DNA of 64,000 nucleotides from Candidatus Cloacimonadales bacterium (GTDB lineage Bacteria; Cloacimonadota; Cloacimonadia; Cloacimonadales; JAFGVF01): NCBI GenBank assembly GCA_963678315.1, contig OY782781.1, positions 992,001 to 1,056,000 of the forward strand, read 5' to 3'. Shown piece by piece: positions 62,637 to 64,000 of this stretch (position 1 is its first letter; each line of letters starts with the position of its first letter). The notes under the pieces were generated by a model. It saw only the letters and a program-made list of their open reading frames with translations, ran no database searches and was not told where the DNA came from. The position numbers and the translations under genes were made by a program.

Positions 62637-63998
62637 TTATTTCAGTAAAATTATCTTCTCAGTGAATTCTTCTTTCTTATTATAAATTTTAACGAAATAG
62701 AATCCATTTGCTAGTTTTTTTTCAACTAAATTTAAGCTGATTTGGGCATCTTTAAAGTCTAAATTATTATATTCTGCTATCTTCTGTCCTTTTAAGTTAT
62801 AGAGACAAATCTTATCAGGATTATTCTTAGTATTAGATTTTATATTTAGGTAGCCCTTGGCAGGATTTGGATAAATCTCATAGTTTACGAGTGCAGGCTC
62901 TGAATCATCTGCATTTTCAACAGGGGGACTTGTGTTACTTAATAGACTAAGCATCATAGATCTTACTTCATTTTCTTGCATATAATATAGTGGAATACCA
63001 AACAAGAAAAGTTCATATCTTTCGTTAGAATTATAGATAGCTACAGCGTCATTGCTTTCTGCTTTTCTATAAAGAACATTTTCAGCATTGTTGAAAGTAG
63101 TAATCATTGATATATCACCATCCCAAGTAGATGGTAGAAGCTCTGCTCTAGTATTCAGAGTAGGGTAGAGATCACTGACAAAAGAAGAACATTCTGGTAG
63201 ATTACTTAAACTTACTTGTCTATCACCAATAAAAGTATTATAGAAGTCTTCAGGAATATCCAAAACAGATTTCCAACCTGAAATTACTAGTTTCCCACCA
63301 GAGAAGAGATAATTCCCTAATAAAGTAGAATAATCTCCTAGAGAGCTAGCAGACACGCTTTCATTATACCAAATAACAGCTTGGTAAGAAGAAATTAATT
63401 GCCATGTTAGTTCCTCACTATCTAAATCTATAGAGTCTACATTATATCCTGCAAAAAGCATTTCTTGATAGAAGTTATCAACTGCTTGGTCAGTAGGACT
63501 CAATACAGAACCAGTTCCATTTTGGGTGTCATCAACTAATAAGATTGCCTCAATTCCAGAAAACTCAGTAGGAACAGCAATTATATCTGTTTCTGTTGAA
63601 GGCAAGGTCTGGAAACCATCTTCAGTAACAAGTGTAACATAAAAGTGGTATTCTTGACCATTCTCTAGATTATCAATAATAATCTGATTAGCTTCTATAG
63701 GCTCTGTGTTGAATTGTGTCCAAGTGTCTTCTGCTAATTTCTTGTAGTAAACATTATAACCTGCAATAGCAAGCTGAGTAAAATCAATATCGAAGTCGTT
63801 TGTCCAAGATAGCAAAGCTGATTCATTTCCTGAATAAACATCTGCAATATGAAGCTGTTTATCTGACTTATAGCTAATCAAATTCCAATTATCTCTATCA
63901 ACTTCTAATTGATGAATATCTCCATTAATTGAAACAGTGTTAGAAAAGTTAAGTCCATGATTAAATTTAACATTCACGGAGTCACTATCTGTGTAGAC
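62637..63998 (-). CDS. Secreted Fn3-containing protein with T9SS-type CTD (N-terminus beyond the window)
   Basis: GYNVYYK Fn3 motif, IYPNP..YNLKGQ..NGFYFVK CTD; frame open to the window edge. Confidence 0.8.
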   Translation of the reverse strand, partial: VYTDSDSVNVKFNHGLNFSNTVSINGDIHQLEVDRDNWNLISYKSDKQLHIADVYSGNESALLSWTNDFDIDFTQLAIAGYNVYYKKLAEDTWTQFNTEPIEANQIIIDNLENGQEYHFYVTLVTEDGFQTLPSTETDIIAVPTEFSGIEAILLVDDTQNGTGSVLSPTDQAVDNFYQEMLFAGYNVDSIDLDSEELTWQLISSYQAVIWYNESVSASSLGDYSTLLGNYLFSGGKLVISGWKSVLDIPEDFYNTFIGDRQVSLSNLPECSSFVSDLYPTLNTRAELLPSTWDGDISMITTFNNAENVLYRKAESNDAVAIYNSNERYELFLFGIPLYYMQENEVRSMMLSLLSNTSPPVENADDSEPALVNYEIYPNPAKGYLNIKSNTKNNPDKICLYNLKGQKIAEYNNLDFKDAQISLNLVEKKLANGFYFVKIYNKKEEFTEKIILLK

Positions 63999-64000
63999 AG

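Overview
Low-GC bacterial chromosome segment from a diderm (BamA) anaerobe. It is most consistent with Candidatus Cloacimonadota/FCB; this is inferred from PorU-like C25 peptidases, YPNPFNP-type C-terminal sorting domains and a Na+-pumping acyl-CoA decarboxylase operon. Bases 1-7.9 kb are a defence island: a truncated HerA-like ATPase plus type III R-M mod and res, separated by a four-helix-bundle gene and a YhcG/DUF1016 nuclease gene. The rest is mainly housekeeping (polA, bamA, ispD, atypical glmS, lplA, trxA, groES, prmC, murA, mnmA, nrdJ, lon) plus secreted proteins, including a 3302-aa adhesin-like protein. The most unusual signal is a network of degenerate 7-nt repeat arrays in both orientations. 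They bracket mod and the four-helix-bundle gene, supply that gene's RBS and start codon, and also sit in-frame inside mod. Other notable items are two sigma54-type promoters before secreted-protein genes, several MITE/REP families, a likely ATT start codon, a GlmS with a possible propeptide and a small Cys-rich ORF missed by the track. No rRNA, tRNA, CRISPR array or transposase was recognised.
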